From Diplonema japonicum (Eukaryota; Protista; Euglenozoa: Diplonemea): DNA of 64,000 nucleotides. The stretch is taken from assembly GCA_964019335.1 (NCBI GenBank), contig OZ025721.1, positions 124,001 through 188,000 on the forward strand, in the 5' to 3' direction. Below the pieces are notes generated by a model. That model was not told the DNA's origin. It saw only the letters and a program-made list of their open reading frames with translations, and ran no database searches. A program made the position numbers and the translations under genes. Position 1 is the stretch's first letter, and each line of letters begins with the position of its first letter. Below, one piece after another: positions 30,059 through 40,334 of the stretch.

Positions 30059-30307
30059 TATTTTTTTTTTCTTCCTGTTCTTCTTCTTCGTCTCCTTTTG
30101 AACGAATCAGTTTCTGGGTAGGGTTGCAAACAAATGGGGGCGATCAGTCACCTCAAGAACAATGCATGCAAATGAATGAAATACAAAAGAAAATAAATAA
30201 AAAACATTCCCATTTACATGGGTGGTCTTTCATTGAACAGTGAAACTCATTTCCCATTGCTTCCTTTTCCTTTACGTCCACTACAAGATACCTCCCAGAG
30301 GGTGAAG

Positions 30308-31705
30308 ATGCCGCCATGGAAGTTTGGTGACATTGGAGCTATGCTTGTGCACAGATCGAAGCTGTCGGAAGTGAAGCGAGCTCTGCAGGACGCAGCACCG
30401 TGCAGCAGAAAACTGGGAAAACGCTCAGGCGTGAAAGGATGGTACAACAAGAATGCAGCCACATGGCTGGAAAAGGAAGGAAGCGAGTTCTTCTACATCG
30501 GAGTGAGTTCCTCCGGTGCAGCTGCACTGCAACAAGTCGAAGGCCACACCATCCCGGACAACATCAAAACAATCCTTCCCTTGGTGGAATGGAAACCGGG
30601 GCACCGACGCGAAGCAGAACCAGCCTGTCCGAACCCTGTCAGAAAAGATTCGAAATTCACGTTTTCCGATCTATTCTGTGGGATCGGAGGTTTTCGAATC
30701 GGTGGGGAAGAGGTGGGGGGGTCTTGCGTCTACTCTGTCGAGAGCGAAAGAATGAGCCGAGCTGTGTACAACAAAAACTTCGGACAGCTCCCCGAAGGGC
30801 GGGATATCACCCAGGTCCACACCCTCCCAGAGCATGACATCCTTACTGCAGGGTTTCCCTGCGGTCCGTTCACACTAGCAGCAGGACAGAATCGGCAAGG
30901 TTTTGACGACCCAAGGGGCTTGCTCTATCTCCAGATCACCCGGCTCTTAGAAACCTCCCGACCAAAAGCCTTTCTCCTTGAAAACGTTCCGGGTGTCCAG
31001 CAAGAGTCGGTCTTGATTTGTAAAAGCCTAGAGGACGCGGGGTACACTACGAAAATGTTTCTCCGCCACGCGACAGGGATGCTGCCGCAGGCACGGCGGC
31101 GAGCGCTGTTCATCGGATTCCGACAAGATTTGAAACTGGGCTCGTACAACCCCCCTGAGATACCAGACTTCAACAGAACTGCTAGACACGCTCTCGAACA
31201 GCGGGAAGACTTCAGTGAATACATTTTAACCGACAACGTGTTGAGGAAAATCCTGGAAGCCAACTCCGCACGGGTCAGAGGAGGGAACCGCATGGTCGAT
31301 TTGACCAAAAAGATTCACACACTGCAGGCTTCCTACCGCTCAAACCCGATCCAGTACAGTCAGTTCGTTCAGGAAAAGGACTACACACGATATCTAACTG
31401 AAAGAGAGTGCGCACGTGCCCAAGGCTTCCCCGACACTTTTTCCCTCTGTCCTTCGAGACCCTACTACCACATAGGCAACGCACTGCCACCACCATTGTC
31501 GGCTCTGATGCTGCACCACATTGCGGCGCATCTAAACGGGGTTGAAGGGGATGAGAAATGGTTGCCCGGGTGGGGTGCCTCTGCGAGGCTAGCGTTGCGA
31601 AGCGACGCCGTCCCGGACGAAACGAAAGAAAACACGGTGGTACTTCCTGATGGAAGAGAAATGACGATGAGGGAGCTGAGCGAGGTCAAAGTCGACCATT
31701 TTTGA
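30308..31705 (+). CDS. C5-cytosine DNA methyltransferase, bacterial-like
   Basis: Motifs I DLFCGIGG, IV GFPC, VI ENV, VIII QARRR, IX RECARAQGFP, X GNA. Confidence 0.92.
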   Translation: MPPWKFGDIGAMLVHRSKLSEVKRALQDAAPCSRKLGKRSGVKGWYNKNAATWLEKEGSEFFYIGVSSSGAAALQQVEGHTIPDNIKTILPLVEWKPGHRREAEPACPNPVRKDSKFTFSDLFCGIGGFRIGGEEVGGSCVYSVESERMSRAVYNKNFGQLPEGRDITQVHTLPEHDILTAGFPCGPFTLAAGQNRQGFDDPRGLLYLQITRLLETSRPKAFLLENVPGVQQESVLICKSLEDAGYTTKMFLRHATGMLPQARRRALFIGFRQDLKLGSYNPPEIPDFNRTARHALEQREDFSEYILTDNVLRKILEANSARVRGGNRMVDLTKKIHTLQASYRSNPIQYSQFVQEKDYTRYLTERECARAQGFPDTFSLCPSRPYYHIGNALPPPLSALMLHHIAAHLNGVEGDEKWLPGWGASARLALRSDAVPDETKENTVVLPDGREMTMRELSEVKVDHF

Positions 31706-31796
31706 ATGGTCATTCTTTTTTTTTCTCTTTTCTTCAATTTTCTCCTAAGTCCCGGAAAAGTAAAACAAAAAAAAAAAAAAAAAAAAAAAAAAGGAA

Positions 31797-33686
31797 ATGG
31801 CATACACTCTGTGGTGCGGCTACTTCACCCCAGGAGGGGTCGCAAGGACAGCTAGCAGCGGGCACCTTGAAAACCTGTCGTTTTGTAAGGATCTGTGGAG
31901 GGTCATCGTGAAGGCTGAATCGAGCAGCGGCGGGGAGGAGTCAAAGCGTGCTGTCTTGCTTGCAGAGCGGGTTGCCGAAAAGAAACTAACTGTCCTTGAC
32001 GCTCTGATACAATATGTGGATGTGTCGCTGCTGCATGAGGTCTACAAGGAGAAGGTCTTCCGGTACGCTTTGGTCGGGTTTCAAAAAAAGAATTTGATGC
32101 AGACTGTTTCGAACGCAAGGTGGCCTGCCATGCGACGGGATGCAACGTTCACGGTTTCGAGGGTCCAGCGGTGCCCTGTTGTGTGCTCACCTCAGTACCC
32201 TCGGAACGCTTCGGGCCATCACAAACATTCCGCTCCACGTCTTATCTACGAAGTCCCACGCCCTGAACACGCCTACCCCGACCCGGGCATGTTCAAAACC
32301 ATCTCCAACATCTTTGAGAAGTTTCTCGACATGACATCAACACCTTGTGGCACAGATCTTGAATTGGGGAAGCAGCCTGTCTTCTCTCTGTGCAAATACC
32401 TTGAACGGCTGTACCTCTACACGGGGTTCGACTCCTACTCCAGGATCATCGTGGCGATGATTTATCTGGAACGCCTGCTCGGATCCGACACGGAGAAGGT
32501 TTTCACGAAAACTAAGAGGCCCAGACCAGCACCCGCCACGACCGACAAACCGACCACAACAAAAACACCGCCGAAAGGCGTCGAAGAAGAACTACGCGGG
32601 ATGTTACAAAAAATCCACACTGGCACCGACAAGAACGACATCGAACCCGAAGGATGGGAAAAGTCAAAGTTGCGGGAAGAGTACGAAAGGCTGGCTCGGA
32701 AAGAATGTCCGAAGAATTTAAAAGCCGGTAAGCTGTACAAATACTACACACGGGCGTACTGGGAAGGGACGAACTACAAGGCAGTCTTCACCGATGACAC
32801 GGCGTTCGATGCGGAGGCAGGGCTGGTTCGGTACTGCCCACCAAAGCAAAATCGAACCGTGGTCTTTACAAGACAAACGGCGCACAAAGTCATCGCAGGG
32901 TTGGTGTGCATCGCAACAAAGCAGCACGACGATGCTGTTCGAAGGACCTCTCACCTGGCCGCCATATGCGGCTTCACGAAACAGGAGCTTATCAGAATCG
33001 AGCACCGGTTTCTTTCCCTGCTCTCTTTCGAGCTTTGGATCGATCCCGTGTTCTACACCTCTTACGAGATGAGCGTCAGGGTCGCCCATCGTGAATACTC
33101 TGAAACCGTTTTAAAACCCGCATTCCTCCGGGAGTGGAACCTGGTCGCCGTGAGGGACCGATACTCAAGAAGAGCTGCCGAAACATACTTAACCATATCC
33201 GATTTCATCGATTTCGGGAAAACACTGGAATCGATTGATCTTGACACGGTTGAGGAGGAGGAGTACGGTGAGGGAGAGGAGGAGATCGTCAGGCTGGTGA
33301 AGAGAAAGCTTGGTCCTGGGTTTATCGAAGGATGCGGGTTCATGACCATTGAAGAGTTAAAGGCTGATGTTGTTCGCACGAGTACCGCTCTGCAAAAAGA
33401 TCTCCACGCCTTCTGGGAAAAGACATGGCGCTCCTACACAGCCTCCAAGAAAGGCGTGGTGCCCCAGGAACACATCCAGGAATTCCGTTCCTTTGTTGCA
33501 CGTGCTGTCACCGACCAGATCTCTCCCCTGCATTATGCTGAATGTCTTTCTGTCGAGTCCCGCCGGGATATCACCCCCCTTCTCGGTTCTCGTTTGTCTT
33601 CCTTCATCTTTCCCCACCCGCCTACACTCCGGAACGTTGCGCAACCTGTTCTCGTTAATTATAAACACACTGATCACTACGGGTAG
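31797..33686 (+). CDS. PHO80/CYC2-type cyclin with large insertion
   Basis: YLERL..IVAMIYLERL ... HKVIAGLVCIATKQHDD..ICGFTKQELIRIEHRFLSLLSFEL. Confidence 0.75.
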   Translation: MAYTLWCGYFTPGGVARTASSGHLENLSFCKDLWRVIVKAESSSGGEESKRAVLLAERVAEKKLTVLDALIQYVDVSLLHEVYKEKVFRYALVGFQKKNLMQTVSNARWPAMRRDATFTVSRVQRCPVVCSPQYPRNASGHHKHSAPRLIYEVPRPEHAYPDPGMFKTISNIFEKFLDMTSTPCGTDLELGKQPVFSLCKYLERLYLYTGFDSYSRIIVAMIYLERLLGSDTEKVFTKTKRPRPAPATTDKPTTTKTPPKGVEEELRGMLQKIHTGTDKNDIEPEGWEKSKLREEYERLARKECPKNLKAGKLYKYYTRAYWEGTNYKAVFTDDTAFDAEAGLVRYCPPKQNRTVVFTRQTAHKVIAGLVCIATKQHDDAVRRTSHLAAICGFTKQELIRIEHRFLSLLSFELWIDPVFYTSYEMSVRVAHREYSETVLKPAFLREWNLVAVRDRYSRRAAETYLTISDFIDFGKTLESIDLDTVEEEEYGEGEEEIVRLVKRKLGPGFIEGCGFMTIEELKADVVRTSTALQKDLHAFWEKTWRSYTASKKGVVPQEHIQEFRSFVARAVTDQISPLHYAECLSVESRRDITPLLGSRLSSFIFPHPPTLRNVAQPVLVNYKHTDHYG

Positions 33687-33703
33687 ATTTTTATTTTTTT
33701 TTT

Positions 33704-33937
33704 TTTTATTTCACCCTTCGTCATTTTTTCTTCACTCACTAGGGGCCTATAATTTAACGCCGCTCACTAGTTAAATTATGAGATTTAGAGTTAAATAATG
33801 GCGCTTCAGAGTGAAATAAAATGTACTCAACCCCCTTGAAATTTTTTTTTGGGGTATTTTAACTACTTTTAGCCATCTGAGGACATTCCAGCCCTTAAAA
33901 GTGGGAATAAGTGCTTTACTTCACACGGCGAAATAGC
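33704..33937 (-). repeat. Diverged inverted partial copy of the Crypton end module
   Basis: Reverse complement of about 34200-34526. Confidence 0.85.
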
Positions 33938-33953
33938 CAGGAAGAAAAAAAAA

Positions 33954-34520
33954 TAACTATTTATTGCCAACAAATAATGAGTCATTATTTAACTCGAGTT
34001 CCCGAATTTTTTGCACTCGGGCCCGCAGGGCCCGAGTGCAAAAAAACGGGTAACGAGTGTTAAATAATGGCTCATTTGGCGGCAAGTAAGTCGTTTTATT
34101 TCACTCTTCGTCATTTGAGTCACTCACTCTTCACTGCTTTCACTGCTGTTTTTTTTCACGCAGGTCAGCTTTTTGGGGATTTTCCTAAGGTAATACAGGG
34201 TAGCTATTTCGCCGTGGCATTTAAAGGGGAAGTAAGGCACTTATTCCCACTTTTAAGGGCTGGAATGGCCTCAGATGGCCAAAAATAGTCAAAATACCCC
34301 CACCCCAAAAAAATTTTTCAAGGGGTTGGGTGCATTTTTTTCCACGACAAGACCCATTTTTTCACTCTGAAGGGCCATTATTTAACTGCAAAATCTCATT
34401 ATTTAACTAGTTAAATAATGGCGATTTCGCGTTAAATAATGGCCGTTTCGCGTTAAATAATGGCCATTTCGCGTTAAATAATGAGGCCCCTAGTGAGTGA
34501 AGAAAATGACGAAGAGTGAA

Positions 34521-34554
<34 letters not shown>

Positions 34555-35531
34555 ACCTAACAACACTGCACATCGCATCGCGATCATGCCAAAGGTTAAA
34601 AAGTGTTTAAACTGGGAAGAAAAGCCCCCCGGGAAGTCGGCTGAGGCTTACAAAACAGCATGGGACAACTTCTGGTCCAAGCATACGAAGCCGAAAGAAG
34701 CTGATGTCATCTCCTACCTAAAGCAGAAACTTGCTGATGGGCACAGCTATGGCCGTGTGGACGCTGTATAGCCAAATCCGGGCTGTCCTCGTTGCAATTT
34801 ATGGGGCTGATGAACAGGAGTGGAAAGAGCTCAAACTCTTTTTGAAGAGGTCGGGATCCTCCACAACCCGGGTTATCAAAAAAGCTGAAGTGTTCACCAT
34901 GGAGGACCTCTCTACCCTGCTCACCCTCGAATGCCCTGCGCATATGAAAGCCAACGTTTTCACTGTGAACAGAGCAATGTTTGTTTGTGGGTATTACGGA
35001 GGGTTGAGGGGAGAAGAGCTGTACGAGTTAGAATACTGCAAGGTGTCGCAAGACGAGTACGGCTTCTGGTTCTGTTTTCAGCGCAAAAAACAACGTGGGC
35101 CTCCGGAGCTTTCGACTTTCTTGGTGCCAAAGGGACGGGCAGCCGATGTTTTCAACATCTACTTTTCTTCTATTGACGACAAGAAACCGTTCCTTTGGAG
35201 GGCAGCCCATACACAGAACGGGTCGAACGGGTTTGTTGCGTCCAGGATAGGTATCAACACCGTAAGAAATGTCACCAAAGTAGTGGCCAGCCTGCTAGGC
35301 AAGAGCTGCCCGTCGAGGTACACTTCGCATTCGATGACTGAATCGCAGCAACTGAACTTTCCTGGAAATCCTGCCTTGGTTTCCAACACCCCCAACAGTG
35401 CCCAAACCATCTATTTCTCTAATATCAGCGACAATGTTATAATTAATATCAACAGTAACCAAATCCCTGCCTCCCCCCCCAAAAAAAACAAGCTGACGTG
35501 TGAGGAAAAATTTGTTGGCAATAAATAACTA
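33954..35531 (+). mobile_element. Crypton-like tyrosine-recombinase DNA transposon, defective
   Basis: Terminal direct TAACTA (33954-33959, 35526-35531) with perfect 15-bp IR inside; recombinase remnant. Confidence 0.82.
34586..35528 (+). pseudogene. Tyrosine recombinase, frameshifted and lacking the C-terminal catalytic box
   Basis: AYKTAWDNF N-terminus, GGLRGEEL box I, K(K)Q, IGINTV, YTSHS then no R..H/W..Y; frame change near 34740-34770. Confidence 0.8.
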
Positions 35532-35770
35532 TTTTTTTTTTTTCTTATAGATGGGAACAACCCTTCTCCCCCTCTTCTTTTTTTTTTTTTTTTTTTTTTT
35601 CTTGTGTGCAAAAGAAGGAGGGGAAAAAAAAAAGTAAATTAACAAAGGGGAAACGGGAAAAAAGAAGGGGAAAAAATAGATCTGGTTTTCCTCTTTTTTT
35701 TTTTTTTTTTTTTCTCTCTTTCCTTTTCTTCTCTCATCCCATCGTCATAGCTGTCTGGCTATGTCTTCAT

Positions 35771-35819
<49 letters not shown>

Positions 35820-35879
35820 CCTCTCCCCATTGCAATTACACTACTTCCTCGCTTACTTATATTTCCCTAACTCGTTGTT

Positions 35880-36117
35880 ATTATTCTGCAAGCCGTGCCA
35901 CGCCAATACATGCGCTGGAATGGGTATTGGAAGGTCACTTCCACGTTCCCCTTCGCTGGGTAGTCTGATCCGGTGCCATCTCCTCATTTCATCCTCGCTT
36001 TTGGCTTCTTGCGGTCCCTTTTGCATGTACCTGATGAGCGACTGCGAGTCTGTGAGGTACAACATTCTCAAGGTCTTCCTTCTGTGGGCGTTTGCCTTCA
36101 TCAATTCGACTCCCAAG
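35880..36117 (-). pseudogene. Degenerate RNase H fragment of another Ingi-like element
   Basis: LYLTDSQSLIRYMQKGP..W..IPAHV resembles ICTDSQSVIRKMCQG..VPSH of family C. Confidence 0.65.
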
Positions 36118-36144
36118 TTTTTTTTTTTTTTTTTTTTTTTTTTT

Positions 36145-36278
36145 GGTGGTGGGGATAACATGAAAATATAAGAAAAACATCAGATGTGTTGTTCGCTGTT
36201 GACCTCCTCGTCGGTCATCACCGGTAGCGCCCGAGTGGAAGAACGTAACGCAGATGCTCAGGGTGACGAACAGGCAGC
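36145..36278 (+). ncRNA. HDV-like self-cleaving ribozyme
   Basis: P1 GGTGGTG/CATCACC, P3 ACC/GGT, L3 TCCTCGTC, P1.1 CC/GG, P4 CGCCC-GAGT/GCTC-A-GGGTG, J4/2 ACGAA, P2 GCTGTTG/CAGGCAGC. Confidence 0.82.
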
Positions 36279-36470
36279 AAACTGCACGAGCGCAGAATCT
36301 TGGTTACCCGGGACGCCCCGGCTAGGGTTGAGCACACCGCACGCATTAAGGACACGACGCGGAACGCAGAAGAAGCTACTGCTCGGCCGAGGAGCGCCCC
36401 CTGTAATCAAGTAGGTAGTTCGTGCTTCATTGCACGCTTAACGCCACCTAGTGTTGCAATCAAAGCCCCA
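36145..36470 (+). mobile_element. Short interspersed element headed by an HDV-like ribozyme, copy 1
   Basis: About 325-bp unit repeated at 41761 and 42115; flanked by T-tracts. Confidence 0.85.
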
Positions 36471-36559
36471 TTTTTTTTTTTTTTTTCTTTTACTCCGGGG
36501 AGGTGCGATATTTCAAAAAAAAAAAAAAAAAAATAATAATAATAATAATAATAATAATA

Positions 36560-37792
36560 CCGGATTTGTACTTATATTGTTATGTGAAAAGTCCCAAATT
36601 GGGCAAAAAATTCGAAAAAGGTACATAATATTTACAGAACACTATTAAGACAGAACATAAAATTTACAAAAATAAAAAAAAAATCCCAGAAAATATCCCT
36701 AAAAATTAAAAATCCCAAGACAAAAACAAAATACCCCCCAGCCGGACGGGCAGACCCTCCCGCGGGTGCTCGTGTCATGCTCACCAGAGCATTCCGTCCT
36801 GGTCTCTCCTTTCTAACCTGCTTGAGGGTTGCGCTGCAGTTGGGGCAGGGCACGTTGTTCGTTCACTGGCTTGGGGTCACCTGGCTTGGTGCCGCTGCTT
36901 GGCTTGGGGCCGAGGCTTCTTGGTCAGGCATCTCTTCTTCTTCTTCTTCTGCTTCTTCGTCAGAAGAAGGCGCATGACGACTGACAGTCCCAATGGCTCC
37001 AATGGATCAATCTCTATCGTCAACTCCTGCATCTGCATCCAACACTTTTTTTTTTTTTTTTTAAATTCCACTTCCTTTTCGACTTGCTAAGGCCGCACCC
37101 ACTAGGTGGGTTGGAAGTGCCCCTAGACGCTCACACTTCTCGAACCAGCCCGACCTCGCGGGGGCGGGGGTGCAGGACGTCCTCAGTGGGCGGGGGCACG
37201 GATGCAGACCTGGGTGGGAGATCGTTAAAAAGGTAAGCGAACCCTGCCCGGATTGTGATTTCTGTTAGCTTGCGGTAAGCCTCGACACTCTAGGCAAGAA
37301 TAAAAGGACGCATAATCTTTGTCCTTTTGTCAACCTCTAGCATTGCTGATTTTGCAATCTGTGAAGGTGTCGGGGCAGCAGGGGAGGCCACGGGGCGGCA
37401 ACAGAAGCAACGGGACCGGCAACAGAAGCACCAGGCGCGGCAACAGGACTAACGGGAACAGAAGCCGGACCAACAGCAGTAAGAAGGGCTTCTCTTCTGT
37501 GTCCTTTCCGCTATTTCTTTATCTGGGCCTTCAGGGCGTCCGCGTACCTTGTTTTGAAAATGGAAACCAAAAAGTAGATCTTGTATACCACAAACGTGGC
37601 TTTGATTTTAATGGGGCCTGTCCTGGGGGGGGGGGGGGGGGGGATCAAGCCAAAAATAATAAAAATAGTTTTTTGTATTGTTCTGTAAAAAGTCCCAAGT
37701 TGGGTCCAAAACCCGAAAAAGGTACATAATTTATACAGTACACTAAATCCCCAGACCATTATTAAAACTGAACAATATAAATACAAACCCGG
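36560..37792. mobile_element. Non-autonomous TIR element inserted in a (TAA)n tract
   Basis: 22-bp TIR CCGG(A/G)TTTGTA(C/T)TTATATTGTT, TA on both flanks; about 70-bp subterminal direct repeat. Confidence 0.75.
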
Positions 37793-37904
37793 TAATAATA
37801 ATAATAATAAAAGCAGGAAGGCAAGAAATTTAGATGAAAAGAGCGTAAAGGAGAGCAAAAGAAGAAGAAAAAAAAAAGGAAAAAAAAAAAAAAAAAAAAA
37901 GAGG

Positions 37905-38315
37905 ATGCCGACTCCGGGACGGCCTGCGCACCTAATTGCAGAGCCTGTACGGCCTCCAATGCCGAGGGATAGAAGGGAGACGGGACGAGAGGTCGTCGAT
38001 GTGTTCAGAAAGCTGATGGAAGAAGTGATGCAAGCGGTGGGGGAGAAAAGCCAACAACAGGTTAAAAGGGCTGAATTCGTGGAACTAGTGATCGACGAGT
38101 GCGAGAAGAGGATGGCGGTTCCTGCAACACCCGGCAGCGAAGGAGAATACACAATACAAACAGAAAAGACACCGGTGGCCGCGGACCAGTACTGCATGCA
38201 GATCGATTTCGCCTCACCTTCAGGCATCCCAGAAGGGCAGCGAAGGATGATACGATCGCGAAAAGTGATGCTCGAGTTCGAAGAATGTATCGACTCTGAA
38301 GACGAGAACATGTAA
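37905..38315 (+). CDS. Hypothetical protein
   Basis: 136-aa ORF, ATG after an A-tract as in neighbouring genes; no motif recognised. Confidence 0.5.
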   Translation: MPTPGRPAHLIAEPVRPPMPRDRRETGREVVDVFRKLMEEVMQAVGEKSQQQVKRAEFVELVIDECEKRMAVPATPGSEGEYTIQTEKTPVAADQYCMQIDFASPSGIPEGQRRMIRSRKVMLEFEECIDSEDENM

Positions 38316-38389
38316 TAGATTAGATTCATACTTCTCTCCCCTCCCCTGCCTCCCCCATCTTTTCAATTCACAGAGACAAAAAAAAAAAA

Positions 38390-38938
38390 TAACTATTTAT
38401 TGCCAACAAATAATGAGTCATTATTTAACTCGAGTTCCCGAATTTTTTGCACGAGGGCCCGCAGGGCCCTCGTGCAAAAAAACGGGTAACGAGAGTTAAA
38501 TAATGGCTCATTTGGCGGCAAGTAAGTCGTTTTATTTCACTCTTCGTCATTTGAGTCACTCACTCTTCACTGCTTTCACTGCTGTTTTTTTTCACGCGGG
38601 TCAGCCTTTTTGGGGATTTTCCTAAGGTAATATGGGGTTGCTATTTCGCCGTGGCATTTAAAGGGGAAGTAAGGCACTTATTCCCACTTTTAAGGGCTGG
38701 AATGGCCTCAGATGGCCAAAAATAGTCAAAATACGCCCACCCCAAAAAAGTTTTTCAAGGGGTTGGGTGCATTTTTTTCCACGGCGAGACTCATTTTTCC
38801 ACTCTAAAGGGCCATTATTTAACTGCAAAATCTCATTATTTAACTAGTTAAATAATGGCGATTTCGCGTTAAATAATGGCCATTTCGCGTTAAATAATGA
38901 GGCCCCTAGTGAGTGAAGAAAATGACGAAGAGTGAAAT

Positions 38939-38942
<4 letters not shown>
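38390..38942 (+). mobile_element. Solo Crypton end module (non-autonomous)
   Basis: Direct copy of 33954-34526 starting at TAACTA. Confidence 0.85.
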
Positions 38943-38965
<23 letters not shown>

Positions 38966-38969
<4 letters not shown>

Positions 38970-40090
38970 ACTGGCGACCACCTCCATTGACATCCTCACC
39001 CCCTGCTCGTTCAACGGCTGCAACATACACACCGCTTAGTGTGCAGAAAAACCCCCCATTTAATCCCCCGTCGCTTCTGGAAGCAACGGTGGAGAAACCG
39101 TCACGGTTGGGCAGGGTGCAGGTGGACCCCGTGGAAACCTTTACAAAACCAGGAAAATCCACGGGCAAGAAACACGACAAAATCGGCGAAGAAGACGAAA
39201 AGATCGGGGAAGTGGTGGGGATGCTGTACGCGGCTGTGAACGGGATACAACGACGGGGGAACGGGAAGGAGGAGATACAAGAGCTGATGTTGAGAATAAA
39301 CGACGTGGTCGACATACTAAAGGGAAAGCCCGTGAAGACCACTCTTAACAAACCAGAGACTAAAGAAGCTGTGACGCAAGCCGGGATGGGATATAACCGC
39401 CCAACAACAACAACAACAAAAACCGCGCCCTCATCGCCAGCAGGAACGCCTCCACGAAGGGCGAAGATTAACCACAAACACCCTATACTGATCACAGCAG
39501 GCTGTTCAGCGTGCAAAACAAGAATGACAAAGCCTCGATGGGAAGAGTACCCCACACGATTGAAACGCGAGATCATCTGGGCGCAGACCGACCTCGACTC
39601 AATAGCTCACGAGAAAAAAGATTACATTTCAAGCATTGTGACGGAAAACTGCTCGCACTGCAAGGAGAAAAAACTGGCTGAAACCGTATTCGATCCGGTG
39701 CCCGAGTCAAAACGGCCTTTGGCAACTGAGGTCCCAGAGACGATAGATGTCCCTGTAAATCTTCTTCAAGCAAGCAGGTCAAACGATATCCCAACCACCG
39801 TTACAGTCCTTCACGGATTTGACGACAAGGACAAGGAGGGCAACCCTACCTTAGAACAGCTGAAGCAACGGCCGGTCTGGTCCGACTCGTCACAGTGGTC
39901 GTCATGCGGGGTGACATCGTGCGACGTAAAGTTCACTATGCTTCAACGCAAGCACCACTGCAGGCTGTGCGGGTACGTCTTTTGCGATGCACACAGCAGG
40001 TACCGGCACACCATCGAGCCACTGGGGTACCGCAGGCCGCAAAGAGTCTGCGGAGAGTGCAATACAAAACTTGTTACTGGTTCGAATTAA
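38966..40090 (+). CDS. FYVE zinc-finger protein
   Basis: WSDS..C...C..F...RKHHCRLCGYVFCDAHS...RVCGEC. Confidence 0.9.
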
Positions 40091-40097
40091 TACACGC

Positions 40098-40141
<44 letters not shown>

Positions 40142-40188
40142 ATTCTCTTATTATTCAAGTGCAAATATGGTTAAGCTTGTATTTTTTA

Positions 40189-40226
40189 CAGGCGTCCTGC
40201 CACATACCGCAGGTACCCTTAAATGT

Positions 40227-40229
<3 letters not shown>
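40189..40229 (+). repeat. 41-bp motif + poly(T), copy 2
   Basis: Identical to 61129-61169. Confidence 0.9.
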
Positions 40230-40262
<33 letters not shown>

Positions 40263-40334
40263 TTTAAAGTTCCCGCTTCGGAGTTTCTGTGAGCGAGAGA
40301 AAAAAAAAAAAAAAAAAAAAAGAGGGAAGGGAAA

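Noticed and set aside
37147-37175. CCC-GACCTCGC-GGG as another HDV-like core
   Set aside because: Could not find matching P1, P2 or J4/2.
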